From NCBI GenBank assembly GCA_964016885.1, contig OZ024754.1, positions 23,498,001 to 23,562,000 of the forward strand: a DNA stretch of 64,000 nucleotides, written 5' to 3'. The translations under genes and the position numbers were made by a program. Origin of the DNA: Eledone cirrhosa (Eukaryota). Below are positions 40,198 to 54,724 of the stretch, in pieces (the stretch's first letter is position 1; every line of letters starts with the position of its first letter). Under the pieces are notes generated by a model. It did not search any database. It was not told the DNA's origin and saw nothing but the letters and a program-made list of their open reading frames with translations.

Positions 40198-42810
40198 CTA
40201 ACAGCTAGGTTTAAAGTTGTGGAACGAATGTCGGTACCGGTGTTGGCACGAGGAAAATGTCTCTGACTTTCTATTAGGGAGGTCTAGTTTCGAAAAGATT
40301 ATAGTATGGGTCTCCTGAAGGCAGAGATTACACAATTTATTCGGTGGATTATACGATGAGGCCCTACCTACTACTTCCCATTGCAGTGTAAATGGTCTAT
40401 TCCTAGTTTTCAGAGAGTGTATGTAGCTAGATAAAGAAGTGGAGCTGGCTAGATTGTGTTTTTTTGAAAGAGTGGAGGTGCGAGTTGTATCTCGTCTTGA
40501 AGTTGTTCGAAGTAGAACCTATATATGTTTTAGATTTGTTTGCGTTGACGGTGCATGAGTAGATGATGTCTTTGGTTAAGCAATTATTACCTAAGGGGCA
40601 AGTTCTATTAGTTCTACAGTTACATTTATTTTGGGTGTTAGCTTTCCGGTTCCTATGTTGTGAAGAATTCTGGTTGCTAGGGGTAGCACTAGGGTAATGG
40701 TGTCTATCATTCGTATTGTAATTGATTTCATTAGTGCTATTATCATTATTACTATTATTACTACTATTGTTTACAGGTACCAAGTTTACCTCCTGTTGTG
40801 TTTTAATTAGTTGGAAATAGTTATTAATTTTCCTTTTATTACTACTAGCTATATGGTATGCTATGTGGTGGAGTACGATATTTTAATTGTATTTTTATTG
40901 ATAAGGCTATGGTACTTGTGGCCGATCGGGAAGTTTTTTTCTAAGATTGAGAAGAAAGCCTTAGGCAAGTTGGTAGAGAAGTTTAGATTTAAAGGGGGAT
41001 TGAAGAATGTATTAGTTCTCCTATTTTTGTTTATAGTATTGTTTTTTTAGGTATTTATATCCCTGTTTATATTATCGTGGTGTTTACTTTGCTGCGAGTT
41101 AAGTTTGGTATTAATCTTCGTCCTAGTGTTATAGTAGTTAGTGTTTTTACTATTTTTCCTCATGGCCATATTATGAGAAATAATGTTGTAACTATGTGAT
41201 TTTATAGGTAGGAATTCAATCTCATTCTTATGTCCTGATTTAGCTAAGGCCTCATTATAATATTGTGAATTATTGTTAAATAAGGTTTCATGATATGATC
41301 GATTAGAGATTCTATTAGATATTCCTTTGGTAATAGAGTTTAATATGGATTTAGGGTGGTTACAGTTGGTGTTCACATAAATTAGGTTTTCGTTAGGTTT
41401 ATGATAGGGTGTGTATATTCTAGAGTCTAGGCTAAGGGTAGCATCAAGGAAGTTGACGTTTTTAGTGTTTTTATCTTAAGTTGAAGTTTTTGAAAATTTT
41501 GTGTAACTGTTTCCTAGTTTTTTCTATATTAAATTTGTTATAGTCTATAAAGAGAAGGAAGCACATCATCGCGGTATAAACACCGTTGAGGTAGGGTAGG
41601 TTCTTATGGATTTCATTAAGTAGGCATAGGCCAACCAAATCGGTGACCTGCGCCGAGTCTCTAGATACCATGGTTATGTCGAAGTTGTTATGCGTATTCT
41701 TGCGGGTCCATAATTGTTCTTCAAATGTAATTATGGTTTTTCGGGCCGCAAGTATGACGTCAATTTGGGATCTAGTCAGGTCACTATTGTTCATGGCCAT
41801 AATTAGAGCCTTATTTAATAGGATAGGGGAAATAAGGGTGTAGTATGAATTGATATCAAATTGTATAATTTTTTTTATTTTTACACTCTTTAATAACCTT
41901 GAACCATTCAATAACCTCACCCGGATTTCCCCATTGTTTAAGGTATATTTTGTGCTTAAATTGTGGGATGATTTTATCTAATATTTTCTTGCAGATAATA
42001 CCAATGTCAGACTTGGAAGGGCAAATCAGTTTAATTGAAGGGTTACTAATTAAGTCTTCTTTACGGTCCTTCAGAGAGAATCTTGGGGGATTAGGGGTGT
42101 ATGGCTGTGTATGTCTCTGAAGTCCTAATTTACTCACTATATTACGGCTTTCAATATTTATATCTTCTAGGTTTTTAGTAGTAGTTTTCTTGTAGCTCCT
42201 ATGCAGTTCCTTATATATAAATTTCCTATAAGTATCGTAATCTAAGCTATATAGATTGGCAGTATCAGTAGAGGGTCGGACGCCATGTTTTCCAGCATAG
42301 TTACGTCCCTTTACGATCTGAGTTCAAATCCCGCCGAGGTTGACTTTGCCATTCATCCTTACGGGGGTCGATAAAATAAAGTACCAGTAATGCACTGGGT
42401 AATTGCTGGCCTTGTGCCTAAAGTATAAACAATTATTAGTTTTATCTGCATGCAGTAGGATTTTTTTTTAATTAAATCCTTTAATAGTGGAGTTAAGGTA
42501 GTTTCATTAGGCGTTGTTTCTATTATGATGTTTTTTGTATTTTATGATCTTAACTAGTTTAATTAGATCATTTTCAAAGGAGTTTAACAATGTGTTGTGA
42601 GGAGGGCTTTTAAATGTTTTAAAGCCGTAATTGTCGAAGTTATTCGTATCCCTGTTTTTGTCTGAACGGTTTCTATCGTAATGGAATGTCCTCCATCTCA
42701 CTCTATTGGTGGAAGAGTTGACACTATTGATCAATAATTTTTCAAATGTATCTTTAGGTGGTATTGGTATGTTCTTAGTAGATATAGGAAGGTGATCTTT
42801 GATAAGAATA
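40198..42810 (-). pseudogene. Multiply frameshifted PLE RT + GIY-YIG ORF
   Basis: ORF track pieces 42507-42734, 41856-42137, 41471-41920, 41047-41376 and 40427-40783 are collinear with the 44039 protein. Confidence 0.9.
42253..42434 (+). mobile_element. tRNA-derived SINE inserted in the family A ORF
   Basis: Close match to 27829-28006. Only a short ATT overlap at the junctions. Confidence 0.9.
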
Positions 42811-43857
42811 CTAGTAATTTAATGTATGTTAGCTGAACTGTATGGAGCAGTAAATAATAATACTATTTATAGTTATGTATATAGTATAAACAACTATAAA
42901 CAGGAAGGTCAGTAATTTCTTATTACCTTATTACCAGTAAGAGAAATATCTCAATGTATGAACATCAATTGTATTACAGATCAGGAAAATCAATAAATTA
43001 TACAATTATCAAAGTTATGTTCAAATCATTTAATAGCTGACAATCGTTTTTTCCAAACTCTCGTTTGGAGTCATCGGAGCATTATCAATGTTTGCACATA
43101 TAATTAACCTCCTATTCAACTGAACAATAATATAGATACATATAAATTGATGGTGTGAGCAACAGTTTCGTATTCACAATCCATTTACAATCCATTGCTG
43201 TAACTAACTTAAAACATTCAATATAAACATTAACTAAAATTTACTTCAACGTATATCATGGAAAAGTCTGCAAAAACTATGTTTCTAAACACACATAAAT
43301 TCGAACACTATCAACATTCAGCATCCACCATAGATTCTAATATATTAACATATTTGCTTAAAGTGCAGTATTTATTCATTTATTATTCATCTATATATGC
43401 AAAATAGCTTTGCTTGTCTCCTTCTCATGTATATGACTAACGCCTGCATATGAATTGTTAATGTACGCTTCCTTTCTCAAAACTACTTTCTCAATGCCTC
43501 TTTAATAATTGGACTATTCTCTTGTTTTATCTGTTGCATGTATTCCACTCCGCGCTTTTGATTTTAATTTAATTTGAATTTGAATTTGAACTTGAATGTT
43601 TGTACAATTATTGCACAATTCTCGTAAAATATATGTCACATCCATTCCAACCTGTAAATATGAAACTGTTGCTCACAACATCAATTTATATGCATCTATA
43701 TTATTGTTCAGTTGAATAGGAGGTTAATCAAATGTGCAAACATTGATAATGGTCCGATGAATCCAAACGAGTGTTTGGAAGAAACGATTGTCAGCTATTA
43801 AATGATTTGAACACAACTTTGATAATTGTATAATTTATTTATATATATTCATATATA

Positions 43858-43929
<72 letters not shown>

Positions 43930-43934
43930 TAAAA

Positions 43935-43965
<31 letters not shown>

Positions 43966-43966
43966 G

Positions 43967-45856
43967 TTACCCAGACACAACCGATTCCTACAAAAACTCC
44001 GTAGCAACCTAACAGAGTATGATAACACAAATGACATCATGGTGCATTCGGATAAAACTGGGAACCTATACTTTGTCAACCCTGACAGATACCACACACT
44101 GATCAGGAGCAGCCTAAACTCCACCTATAAAAAGGCCAACCACTCTTGCATCGAGGACATAAATCGAGATGGACAACAAATCACCTCCAGCCTCGGGGTC
44201 GCCGACCGCACGGAACCTCTAGACCCACGGACACCATACTTCACACTGAAGGACCATAAATCCGATTTTGACCGTAAACCCTCTATCAGGCTTATTAACC
44301 CAACGAAGTCCGACATAGGGAGAATCAGCAAAAAAATCCTAGACCGCGTGATACCAAAAGTCAAGCAACACACCCGACTTAGCCTATGGATCAACACCCA
44401 GGAAGTAATCTCCTGGTTCAGCAATATGGAGGATAAACGAGAAACTAAATTCATACAGTTCGACATAGAGAGCTACTATGCTTCAATCACCTTACCGCTA
44501 CTTACTGCCGCCTTGGACTTCGCCGAAACACTTGTGCCCATCACCGACCAGGAAAGAAAAATCATCCTCCACGCCAGGAAGACAGTCTTACTCTTTGACG
44601 ACTCTAAATGGATAAAAAGAGCTCCCGACTCACCCTTCGACGTCAGCATGGGCGCCACGGATTCGGCGGAGGTCACAGATCTTATAGGATTATTCCTAAT
44701 AGCCAAACTCACTGATATGTTTCCTGCATTCGGTGGTGGATTGTACCGTGATGATGGGCTCCTTACCCTTAAAGGGTACAACCCCAGTAGTACAGATCGG
44801 GTCCGGAAACAATTAATCAGATTCTTCCGCGACTGGGGATTTAAATTAACCCTACAAACGTCCCTGACCAGAGTTAACTTCCTGGACCTCGAAAACGACC
44901 TATACTACCCATACAGGAAACCTAATGACAATCTGCACTACATCCACCGCCGATCAAACCATCCTAGGAACATCACAAACAACCTGGTCAAAAACATCTC
45001 CCTCCGCATATCCCGTTTGTCAGCTAATGAGCGGATATTCGATGAACATGCGCCTTATTACAACCAGGCCCTCAAGCGGAGTGGTTTCCGGGAGGAAATA
45101 TCCTACTGTCCAGCTCCCATTAGCGGAACCAGCAGGAGACACCGCCGCTCACGCAATGTAACATGGTTCAATCCTCCCCACAACGCAGAGGTGACAACTC
45201 CCATCGGGAAACTATTCTTTAGGCTCATTGAAAAACACTTCCCATTACAACACCGCTACCACAACATAATTAACAAAAATACCATCTAACTCTCTTACAG
45301 CACTACACCAAACTTCGCACAAAACATCGTCTCCTCTAACAACAAAAAACTCAACCCCGATGGCAGAAATAACCTAAATAGCAGTGGAGAACCGACCAGG
45401 AGGTGTAACTGCCCGGATAGATCTATTTGCCCACTCGACAATAGATGCAGAGACCGTAATGTGATCTACCAGTGCAACGTGAGGACGGATACCTCCAACA
45501 AAGCCTATATAGGACTTACCGCATGTGACTTCAAGACCCGGCTATACCAACATAGACATACCTTCCGAAACCCGGCCCGGCGTCACGCCACTACACTTTC
45601 GGGCCACATATGGGACCTCAAGGACAATAACATCACCTATGATCTCACTTGGAGATTACTGTCCAGAGCCAATTCTTACACGGGAGGACGCCGTCCGTGC
45701 AATTTATGCTCGGAGGAAACTTTACAAATGCTGTTTTCGACGGACCAACTCCTAAACAAGAAAGATGAACTGGTTACTGCATGTAAACATAGATTGCGTA
45801 GGACTTACCTCGCCCTCAAACCCCATAATGACCCGGGGGGGGGGGGGGTAGACTAG
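43967..45856 (+). pseudogene. PLE RT + GIY-YIG ORF with a single in-frame TAA (45287-45289)
   Basis: DKTGNLY, TLKDHK, FDIESYY, GLYRDD, CNC..CPL..C, VIY..YIG, CNLC. The stop replaces the Lys of NTIK(I/L)SYS seen in sister copies. ORFs 44039 and 45461 share a frame. Confidence 0.92.
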
Positions 45857-46966
45857 GGCTATAACACCCCACTTGCCGATTTTGCAATGGGTAACCCCTG
45901 CTTGCCAAGGGAAACGTAAGATCTTCTTTGTATTCTTTTATCGCTTCCTTTATTTCCTTCCTTCCCCCCTCTCTCCTTAGTCCTTCTACCCCAGCTCTTC
46001 TCCTTTGTCGGCGTCTTTTCTCGCCCACCCGAGGCTGCCCTTTGGCCCCTTGTAGCCTTAGTACCCCCACCCCCTCCCCTAGTCTAGGATAGATTTGGCG
46101 GACTCCGCCCTTTATAGCAGTTGGTTTAGACCCCGGATACTTGTCCCCTTTTTCCGACCGCTCCCACTACTCTCTGTGCCCTCTATATTTCTTAGTGGCA
46201 CTTATGCCTTATTTTTTCGTTTCAGTATTTCTTTCTTCGCTTTTCTTTTGGGCGGGGTGGATTCTGAATTTATTCTTCCGTATTCTACTTTTACTTCATA
46301 CGAACTTTCATGTAGCTTGTTTTAGATCTTTTAGAGTTAGCATTAGTATATATTTTTCTCGGGACTCAGAATTATTATCTCGTATTAGTTCACTTTGCTG
46401 CACTGGGTGGTTGCCGGAATTGTGCCCGGGATGGAAACCTTTATTGTTTATTTCGTGGTAGTCTCTTTAGTATTTTGGCCCCTTTTGTTGACCCGTCACC
46501 GTATCATTTACGTACTTATACCTCTTAAAAGGGTCCTCGCCTAATCCGTCCCACCTAGTTCTTTTACTTATTTCGTTATTTCTTTATTTCTTTCTTTACT
46601 TCTTTCTTTCTTTATTTATTTTTTCTAGACTAACAATAGCTAGAGACCTAGGTCGTAGAATTTAATTTACTTTACTTTTTTCTTTACACTCATTTGTTTT
46701 TCTTTACACTTATTTGCTTTTCTTCACTCTCAGTATTATTTCTACCCCCCATTGTTCTACCTACCGTTCCGACCCCCCCCGCCCTCCCCTGTATCTTCTT
46801 TGACCTCATGCCCAGCTGTAGCTGGCACTACAAACGCTTGATTGGGGCTACTCCACCCCCTCCCCTCTTTCTCCTACTGGCAGGTTTAGCCACCATCTCC
46901 CCTACTAATTTGCAACCACAGAATTACTACTGATTTTTGACAATCACTTTGACCATATATGGAATT

Positions 46967-47060
46967 ACCCCTTGAGAAGATCGGCTATTTAAATACCAGG
47001 ATAAATTTTCATTTAGTCCAGAATTAGCCGTCGAAACGGCTTGAGCTCAGCTGTCGGGGT
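46967..47060 (+). ncRNA. Type I hammerhead with U3:A8 core at the PLE 3' end
   Basis: ACCCC-TTGAGAA-GAtCGGCTA...TAGCCGTC-GAAA-CGGCtTGAGCTCAGCTG-TC-GGGGT. Confidence 0.75.
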
Positions 47061-47199
47061 CTTACTGGTTCCTATATATATAGTTATATATATTTATATA
47101 TATATATATATATTTATATATATAGGTATATATATATTTATATACATATATATTTATATATATATTTATATATTTATATATATATATATATTTATTTAT

Positions 47200-49800
47200 T
47201 TAGGTTTGAAGGTTCACCACTGGATAGAGCTGGTCATTCCGTATAGTCAATCTTGATGTAATAATATGGAGAGTACTCAACGTAAAGCCGCTCAACCGTC
47301 TTCGTTTTTGTAGTTGGTGGTGCGAGTACGGAGTTAAATATTATAATAAAATAACAGGAGGCTGGTCTTGTAAATCCTTGAAAGTTTTATTATACTATGA
47401 TCATTTCAATGACCGGGTTCCGTATGAATCCGGTGATATCATCAGGTATTCGAAATATAATAAATGCATGTAACAGATAAAATCTATGGGGCTGAAAACC
47501 ATAGACTTTAGCCGGTCGCCCTCAAGTGCTGGCCATTCGGTCTACTTAAGGCTATCTGGTGAGGGGGCGAAAGCTTATAATGTGCTACTAACCTCTCGGT
47601 CAAAGAGAAAAAAAACAGAAAGAAAGAAGAAAAGTCAGCGTTAATGTCATGCTTCAACCAGGCTAGGAATTGCCGCGAAAAATGTTATTCTAAAGAACCT
47701 ATATCTTAACAGAGGTATATATTATAACAGAGGTATAATTTCAATGACCGGGTTCCGTATGAATCCGGTGATATCATCAGGTATTCGAAATATAATAAAT
47801 GATTGTAATAGATAAAATCCATGGGGCTGAAAATCAAAGACCGGAGGACGACCGACATCTAGCATCTTCTACTTTTTCCGGTCGCCCTCAAGTGGCTAAA
47901 ACTTATAGTGTGCTACTACCGGTCAAATAGAGGAAAACAGAAAGGGAGAGGAAGATAAGTCAGCGTAAATATCATGCCACAAGAAAAAAGACAGAAAGAA
48001 GGGGGAAGAAAAGGAAGAAGAAGAAAAGTCAGGGTTAATGTCGAGCTACAAGAAGAAAGACAGAAAGAAAGAGGAAGAAAGGTCGGTACTAATGTCAAAC
48101 TACACTCAGGCCAGGAATGGCGCGAAAAAAAATGATTCTAAGGGACCCGTATCTTAACAGAGTTAAATATAGTGGGGGTCTGCATGTTATAATGTGTGAG
48201 CAGAAGATTGGAACGTTACATTTTTGTTTAGATTTATAGGATGAAGTTAAAAAATTTATATTTAATATTAACATTATAAAATTAAAGAAATTAGAAAATT
48301 GAAAGTTAAACAGTTTAACATTTTTAAGGTTTTGGTTGCGAGGTTTAAGCAAAGGAAGAGTCTTTTATGAAGAAACTTAAATTGTATTATAGAGTAAAGA
48401 TTTGTTTAGCAGTCAAACAGCATGCGGCGACTACAGGCTTACGCAGCCCATCTTAACCGCGTGTCAGCCACTCCGAGTGAGATCGCCTAGCGAAAGATAT
48501 GGAAATCAATTTTTCCGAGCACTCTAGGAATGTATAACAGGCTTCAGGTGCGCCAGCGGGAAGTCAGCCCTCATCGTTAGGCCATCCTTGTACAAAACCA
48601 GTACTATTAATTTACCCAGGAGGGAGATTTGCTTAAGTAGAGGGAGGCGTGATACATCTAATTGTTATGATTAGATCTGTAATTTAAAGGTACGATATGG
48701 CGGTCAAAAAACCGGTTGCGCGCCGGGCCCCTGAGGCGAATCAATCCGCTCCGAGTAGTTTCATTTATCGAAAGAAGGGGAAATTTATTTTTCCAAGCAC
48801 TCAAGGTAGGCCTATGCGCCAGGAGGCCGGTCCCGCCGCCAGGAAAACCAACCCAACAGTCCGACAGAATATTGGAACGTTAAATTATTGTTTAGATTTA
48901 TAGGATGAAGTTGAACAAATTTCAGAATAACATTATAAAATTAAAGAGTAAGAAGATTGAGAATTGAACAATTAGAAAATTGAAAATGAAACAGTTTAAA
49001 ACTGTTTAAAGGTTTTGTGTTGCGAGGTTTAGTTAAAGAGAGAGTCTTTTATGAAGAAACTTTAATTGTATTATATAGATCCTCTATAAGTTATCCTAGT
49101 GGGATGTAGAGTAAGGGATATAGTCGGGTAATATTTATTTTTGTTCTCAGGGGGAGACATTCTAGTGTCGTGTGCTAATGGGTACAAGTGAGTAAAAGTC
49201 CCAATAAGAGGAGTAGAAATACATGGATATATAGAAGTAGAATACGTGGAAAAGCACATTAATAAAGCAAAGGTAGAAAGATATAAATAAACAAACAAGA
49301 GTGGTGGTGGAGTAAAATGGAGAAATCAAGACATAGGAGAAATACAATATAGTTCAGGTTGCAGTATTTTTGTTCCCAGGGGGAGACATTCTAGTGTCGT
49401 GTGCTAATGGGTACACGCGAGTAAAAGTCCGAATAAGAGGACTAAAAAATACATGGATGTATAGAAGTAGAATACGTGGAAAAAGCACATTAATACAGCA
49501 AAGGTAGAAAGATATAAATAAACAAACAAGAGTGGTGGTGGATTAAATGGAGAGATCAAAACACAGGAGAAATACAATATAGTTCAATTTGCATATAGAT
49601 GTAGGAATGGAATCAGTGCGTGTTCGAGTCTGAGAATTCAGTGTGAGTTACACAGGCCCTGAAGTAGGGTAGAGAATTTAGTCAATACAGTACAGTACAA
49701 TACAGTTATTTGTCGGAAATTTCTTCATAAGAGCTTTTATTCTTATAGCTTGGTCTAATTGATTTTTTATATGGTATATATGTTATCTAATAATTCTAAG
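47200..49800 (-). repeat. Non-coding repeat region with local direct duplications, probably a PLE 3' region
   Basis: 47404-47720 vs 47738-48170; 48206-48390 vs 48870-49075; 49135-49365 vs 49368-49590. HHR on minus. Confidence 0.5.
47392..47449 (-). ncRNA. Type I hammerhead motif (partial second copy 47738-47790)
   Basis: ATAC-CTGATGA-tatcACCGGATTC atacg GAACCCGGTcatt-GAAA-TGATCA-TA-GTAT. Confidence 0.7.
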
Positions 49801-49811
49801 GACATGATTTA

Positions 49812-49846
<35 letters not shown>

Positions 49847-50153
49847 CATTTGTGCAGATATATTTCTATATATATTTCTATATATATATATATATGTGGG
49901 AGATGTGAGAAAAACCACAGACCCTCCATCTCAACTCACCTTTTGAAAAGCAGAAGAACTGCGAAACCGGTAAAGGAACCAAATAAATATATATATTTTT
50001 AAAAAAATAAGACTTCAGTTGCATTTTCGATTTCATCCCTTTTTCTTTATATATATATATATATATATATATACATTTGTGCAGATATATTTATATATAT
50101 ATTTATATATTAATTCAAAATATTAACAAAATAGATATTCTTGTGATCAAGTA

Positions 50154-50220
50154 TATTTTATTATACATATTTCAGAGGTACTGAGTTAACCTCAACAGTA
50201 CGTCCTCATCAGATAAAATA
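50154..50220 (-). ncRNA. Type I hammerhead downstream of the family B ORF
   Basis: TATTTTAT-CTGATGA-GGacGTACTG...CAGTACctCT-GAAA-TATGTA-TA-ATAAAATA. Confidence 0.7.
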
Positions 50221-51273
50221 AGATGATGCACGACATAGTAGATGCTTAAGATTCAGTCATGGTAGTGAGTAATATATGACAAAACTCAATATTTATATAC
50301 ATTAATATTGAGAACATGAGAAAAATATATAATACATACGATAGAGAGGGTGCGTGTGAGACAGCTTAAAAATACTTGGCATCAATATAACTGTTAAATA
50401 ATTTAAATTACTGAAGAAAGAGGAAATAAAAGAAAAGCATAGAGGAAGAAACAGATGAGGGGATAATATAGTTAGTAGGGGCCTAGAGAAACAACAGAGA
50501 GTTGATTACAGAGAGATAAAGAGGAATAACTTATGTTCAAGTCTTTAGACAATTATCCATATATACAATATATATCTAAACATATTTAATTTAAGTTAGT
50601 TCAGAGTAATGAATAATATTTTAGGTTTTAAAAGTTAATAGGTATCTGTATTAATATTAAAGTATACTATCAAATTTAATTTCTAAAATCAAATTTTATG
50701 AAATCAAATTTAAAGGATTTACAAACACGAGAAAGAAAACATAATGTTTTTACAACCTCACGAAAGTAAACTTTATCAAATTTTTCATATAATATTAACA
50801 GTTTATATAATATAATTTAGAAAATAATTACCGTTATAATTATTAAAGAATTTATTATTAACAATTTGAGTGCCTAAAGGATCAACAGGCCTTATAATTA
50901 AACTTAAAAAGGTCTGAATTTTAAATAAATTACATATATGTGTTTATAAAAAAAAATACACAAAGATTATATTGTCTAAAGACTTAAGATGATACCTTTC
51001 AAATATACATAACATAATACAATATAGTAAATAAGTTACTGAAAATATTGTTAAAAATTAATGTTTTAGATCAATTATTGTAAAAGGATCATTTAATAGA
51101 TATATACTATAAATATATAAGTCAAAACTTCATGAGTCCTAAGGATAAGGACTAGATACAAAATAAAAAGTGAAAAATAAAAATAAAAAGTGAAAAAATA
51201 ATGAATTGTTTGCAAAACATAAAAATGCCCAATATTAAAAAAAATATAGTTTAAAATGCAAGAGGGTTTTATT

Positions 51274-51415
51274 TTTCCAGCATAGTTATGTCCCTTTACG
51301 ATCTGATTTCAAATCCCGCCGAGGTTGACTTTGCCTTTCATCCTTACGGGGTCGATAAAATAAAGTACCAGTAATGCACTGGGTAATTGCTGGCCTTGTG
51401 CCTAAAGTAGAAACA
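51274..51415 (+). mobile_element. 5'-truncated SINE copy
   Basis: ttccagcatagttatgtccctttacgatctg...gcctaaagtagaaaca. Confidence 0.88.
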
Positions 51416-51434
51416 ATTATATAGTAGACAAAAG

Positions 51435-51619
51435 GCGGTTGATTGGCAGTATCGGTAGAGAGTCGAACACCATGCTTTGAAGCAAAGAGTTACGTCCCTT
51501 TATGATCTGAGTTCACATCCCGCTGAGGTTGACTTTGCCTTTCATCCTTACGGGGTCAATAAAATAAAGTACCAGTAATGTACTGGGTAATTGCTGGCCT
51601 TGTGCCTAACGTAGAAACA
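51435..51619 (+). mobile_element. Full-length SINE copy with 19-bp TSD
   Basis: TSD attatatagtagacaaaag at 51416-51434 and 51620-51638. Confidence 0.9.
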
Positions 51620-52417
51620 ATTATATAGTAGACAAAAGATACTTCTAAAATGTCCAACGAATGTGATAGAAAGAGGAGCTAAGGATTTGAATGACCCGGA
51701 GGTAATCTAAATTTAATTAAAATAAAATAAATTAAATTAAATTAAGTAATAATCATTATATAATTTCGAACATTAAGGAAATATCTAACACTTATAACAA
51801 TAGAGAGTCATTTGAGTATCTAAATTACTTATAAATGTAACTACGAGCGTGTTATACTAGATAAACATATTTGTTCAAATATATAGAGAGAGTATTATAG
51901 GTATTAGTGAAACGGTATACATATAATAAATAAATAAATAAATAAATAATTACAATCATTATTAGTAATGTTATAATTGTAGTTTTACCTCCAGTTCAGT
52001 GGAAAGAGAGACCAATATGTGTCGACTAGTATGGTGTGTGATATTTATACCTAAATATATATAAAAAATATATATGTGCAAATCTAACTTTCTGAGTCCC
52101 AAAACATACCCAAAATGAGTAAAATATATAAATGCATGAATGATTTACGGTTCAATTATAACCGGTAATCTTACAAGTTATTAATTTAAAACAAAGACAA
52201 ATATATATAAGGATCCGAATCTAAATTATAAATATTTAAAATAATCCAAAGGTGAGTATATTCATCTAGAGAACAAGTTAACAAATAATATGTTTATATA
52301 CCTCAACAGGATCCTTCTTTCTAACATTAATTCTATCATAAATGATTAGAAAATAAAGTATTATTAAAGTTTTATAAGCTGTTATAACGTTTTAGGTACA
52401 ACAGTTGATAAGAGACG

Positions 52418-54145
52418 TCAAAAATTAAAACCTGTTTGTTTCCTGACTTTTTGCGAGGCTTGGAATGTAGACAAAGCTTTATGAAGGCAGTTTGAGAATA
52501 ATTCACTTTTTTTATTAATTAAGTTTTCATAATTAGTAATTATTAATAGGGTCTCCTTTGTACAGAGGTTGCAGTTAGTTGATATAGACGAATTCGAGTA
52601 GATTCTACTATTACAAAGCTTCGTCCAATCAAGTATTTTAAATTTTTGACCATATAATAATGACCATATAAGTTGTGATAAAGAAGTCGAAAACTTCCTA
52701 ATAGGATTCGAAAACGAGCATTTGTGATTCACAAATCTCGATTTAAATGTCGAAGAAGTTGCCCCTATGTAATTGTATGTGATGTTATTTGCTTTTACGG
52801 TGCGTTTATACACCACATTTTTATCCAGACAATTATTTTGCAGAGGGCAATCTGGTTTATTTCTACAATTACATTTCGATTTATTATTATTTATATTAAC
52901 ACTATTATTAACAATATTATGCTGATTTGGGTTTCGAATTCTACTATTTAGTTTAGCCATGTTTTGGGCCATATTCATAGTTGTAGAATAAGAAACCTTA
53001 ATTGTGTGTCCATTAAATATGGAACGGTATTTATGTTGACTAGGGAAGGAATTATCTAAAGCCTTAAATAATAGATTAGCTAGTGGTGTTTTTACTGCTA
53101 CAGAAGCAGGGGGGGGGGCAAACCATATAACTGATTTAGTTCTGTTTGTTTTCCCTGATATATTCACAGTACAGGTGTTTGAATTATAATTTTTAGAATA
53201 TCGTTTATACATACCAGTCATATTATTATTATTTTTATCAGGATTAAGATTCGAATTATTATTGTCTATATATTCTATATTATTTTTATAACCCGCCTTT
53301 CTTAGCGCATCATTGTAATGTCCTGCTTTTTCATCAAATATTGATTTATTAGCAGATATTCTAGTTGTGCGTTTCTGTACACTATTGACAATAGCATTTT
53401 TCACAGATTTAGGGTGATTAGAGTAATAACTAACATAATTTAAGTTTTCATTGGGCTTATGGAAAGGGTAATAAAAACCAGAGTTTAAGTTAAGGGTAGC
53501 ATCAAGGAAATTAACTATTTTGGTACCACTTTCAACCTCTAATTTAAAGGTCGTAATTTTTAAAGAATTCAATTATATTTTTCTTAACTCTATTTAGTTC
53601 TGTATTGCTGTGTTTGACAACTGTAAATAAAATATCGTCCCTATATAAACCACCGGTAATCTCCGGCAGTTTTCTATTTACCATATTTAAGATGAAAATC
53701 CCCAGAAGATCCGTGACTTGCGCTGAGTCCGATGATCCCATGGTAATGTCAAAGTTTTATTTCTATCTGAGCGGGTCCAATACTCATTGTTGAAATTAAT
53801 TAGAGTTCTTCTAGCAGTTAATATGATATCGATTTCATCCGCTGTTAGATCTGTATGTTTGTAAGCGTAGGATAAAGCCTTATTCAGTAGGTTAGGCGTA
53901 ATGGAAGAGTAATAGCTTATGTCAATTTGGATGGATTTATGGTTTTTCTTATCATCTATATTTTTATACCAATCAATCACTTCATTGGTGTCCTTCCACA
54001 AACTCAATTTAGACCTCAATTTCAAAATAGATAGAATTCTATCAATAATATTCTTACTGATTACTCCAATATCGGATTTAGATGGAGCAATCAGTCTAAC
54101 TGGCAGGTCTTCCTCAAAGCTTCTTTTGTGATCTTTAATTTTTAA
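52418..54145 (-). pseudogene. Naiad-like PLE family B RT + GIY-YIG, frameshifted, 5'-truncated at (TA)n
   Basis: KDHK, PSKSDIG, MGSSDSAQVTDL, GGLYRDD, CNCRNKPDCPL, VVY..YIG, CNLC. Confidence 0.9.
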
Positions 54146-54327
54146 ATATATATATATATATATATATTTTAGTAAGTAAGTTAATTTTTATAATTTTCTT
54201 ATTTTACGTCTTTCATATAATTGTTCTGCATCCCCTTGCATTGAACCACAAAGTTATTAAGACAAAACCTATATATTTGCTAGCATAGGTATGCATCTGT
54301 ATATATATGTTGGTAGATATATTAATT

Positions 54328-54373
<46 letters not shown>

Positions 54374-54611
54374 TTGTGCAGATATATTTATATATATATT
54401 TATATTTATATATATACTTAATACATTAACGGAGAAAGCTTTAAGCAATACTCCGACCGACATCTATCTCACTCAACAAACATTAGGATATACCTGAATA
54501 TAATCCAAATTATATGTTTGGGGTGCTAACTATATTGTATTTTGCAGATAGGCGGCTGTATTATTTTATATGAGACATAATTAAATATATATATACACAT
54601 TTGTGCAGATA

Positions 54612-54721
<110 letters not shown>

Positions 54722-54724
54722 AAT

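Larger units (their letters stand above)
38622..43840 (-). mobile_element. Naiad-like PLE family A, copy 2, near full length, with direct (42853-43178) and inverted (43179-43840) upstream pseudo-LTRs
   Basis: ORF remnants run from the N-terminal STKNIPIPP through RT to GIY-YIG. HHR copies at 38808-38852, 43036-43080 and 43751-43795. Confidence 0.9.
43966..47075 (+). mobile_element. Naiad-like PLE (family C), 5'-truncated, flanked by (TA)n
   Basis: RT and GIY-YIG ORF, ~1.2-kb pyrimidine-rich 3' region, terminal HHR. Confidence 0.92.
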
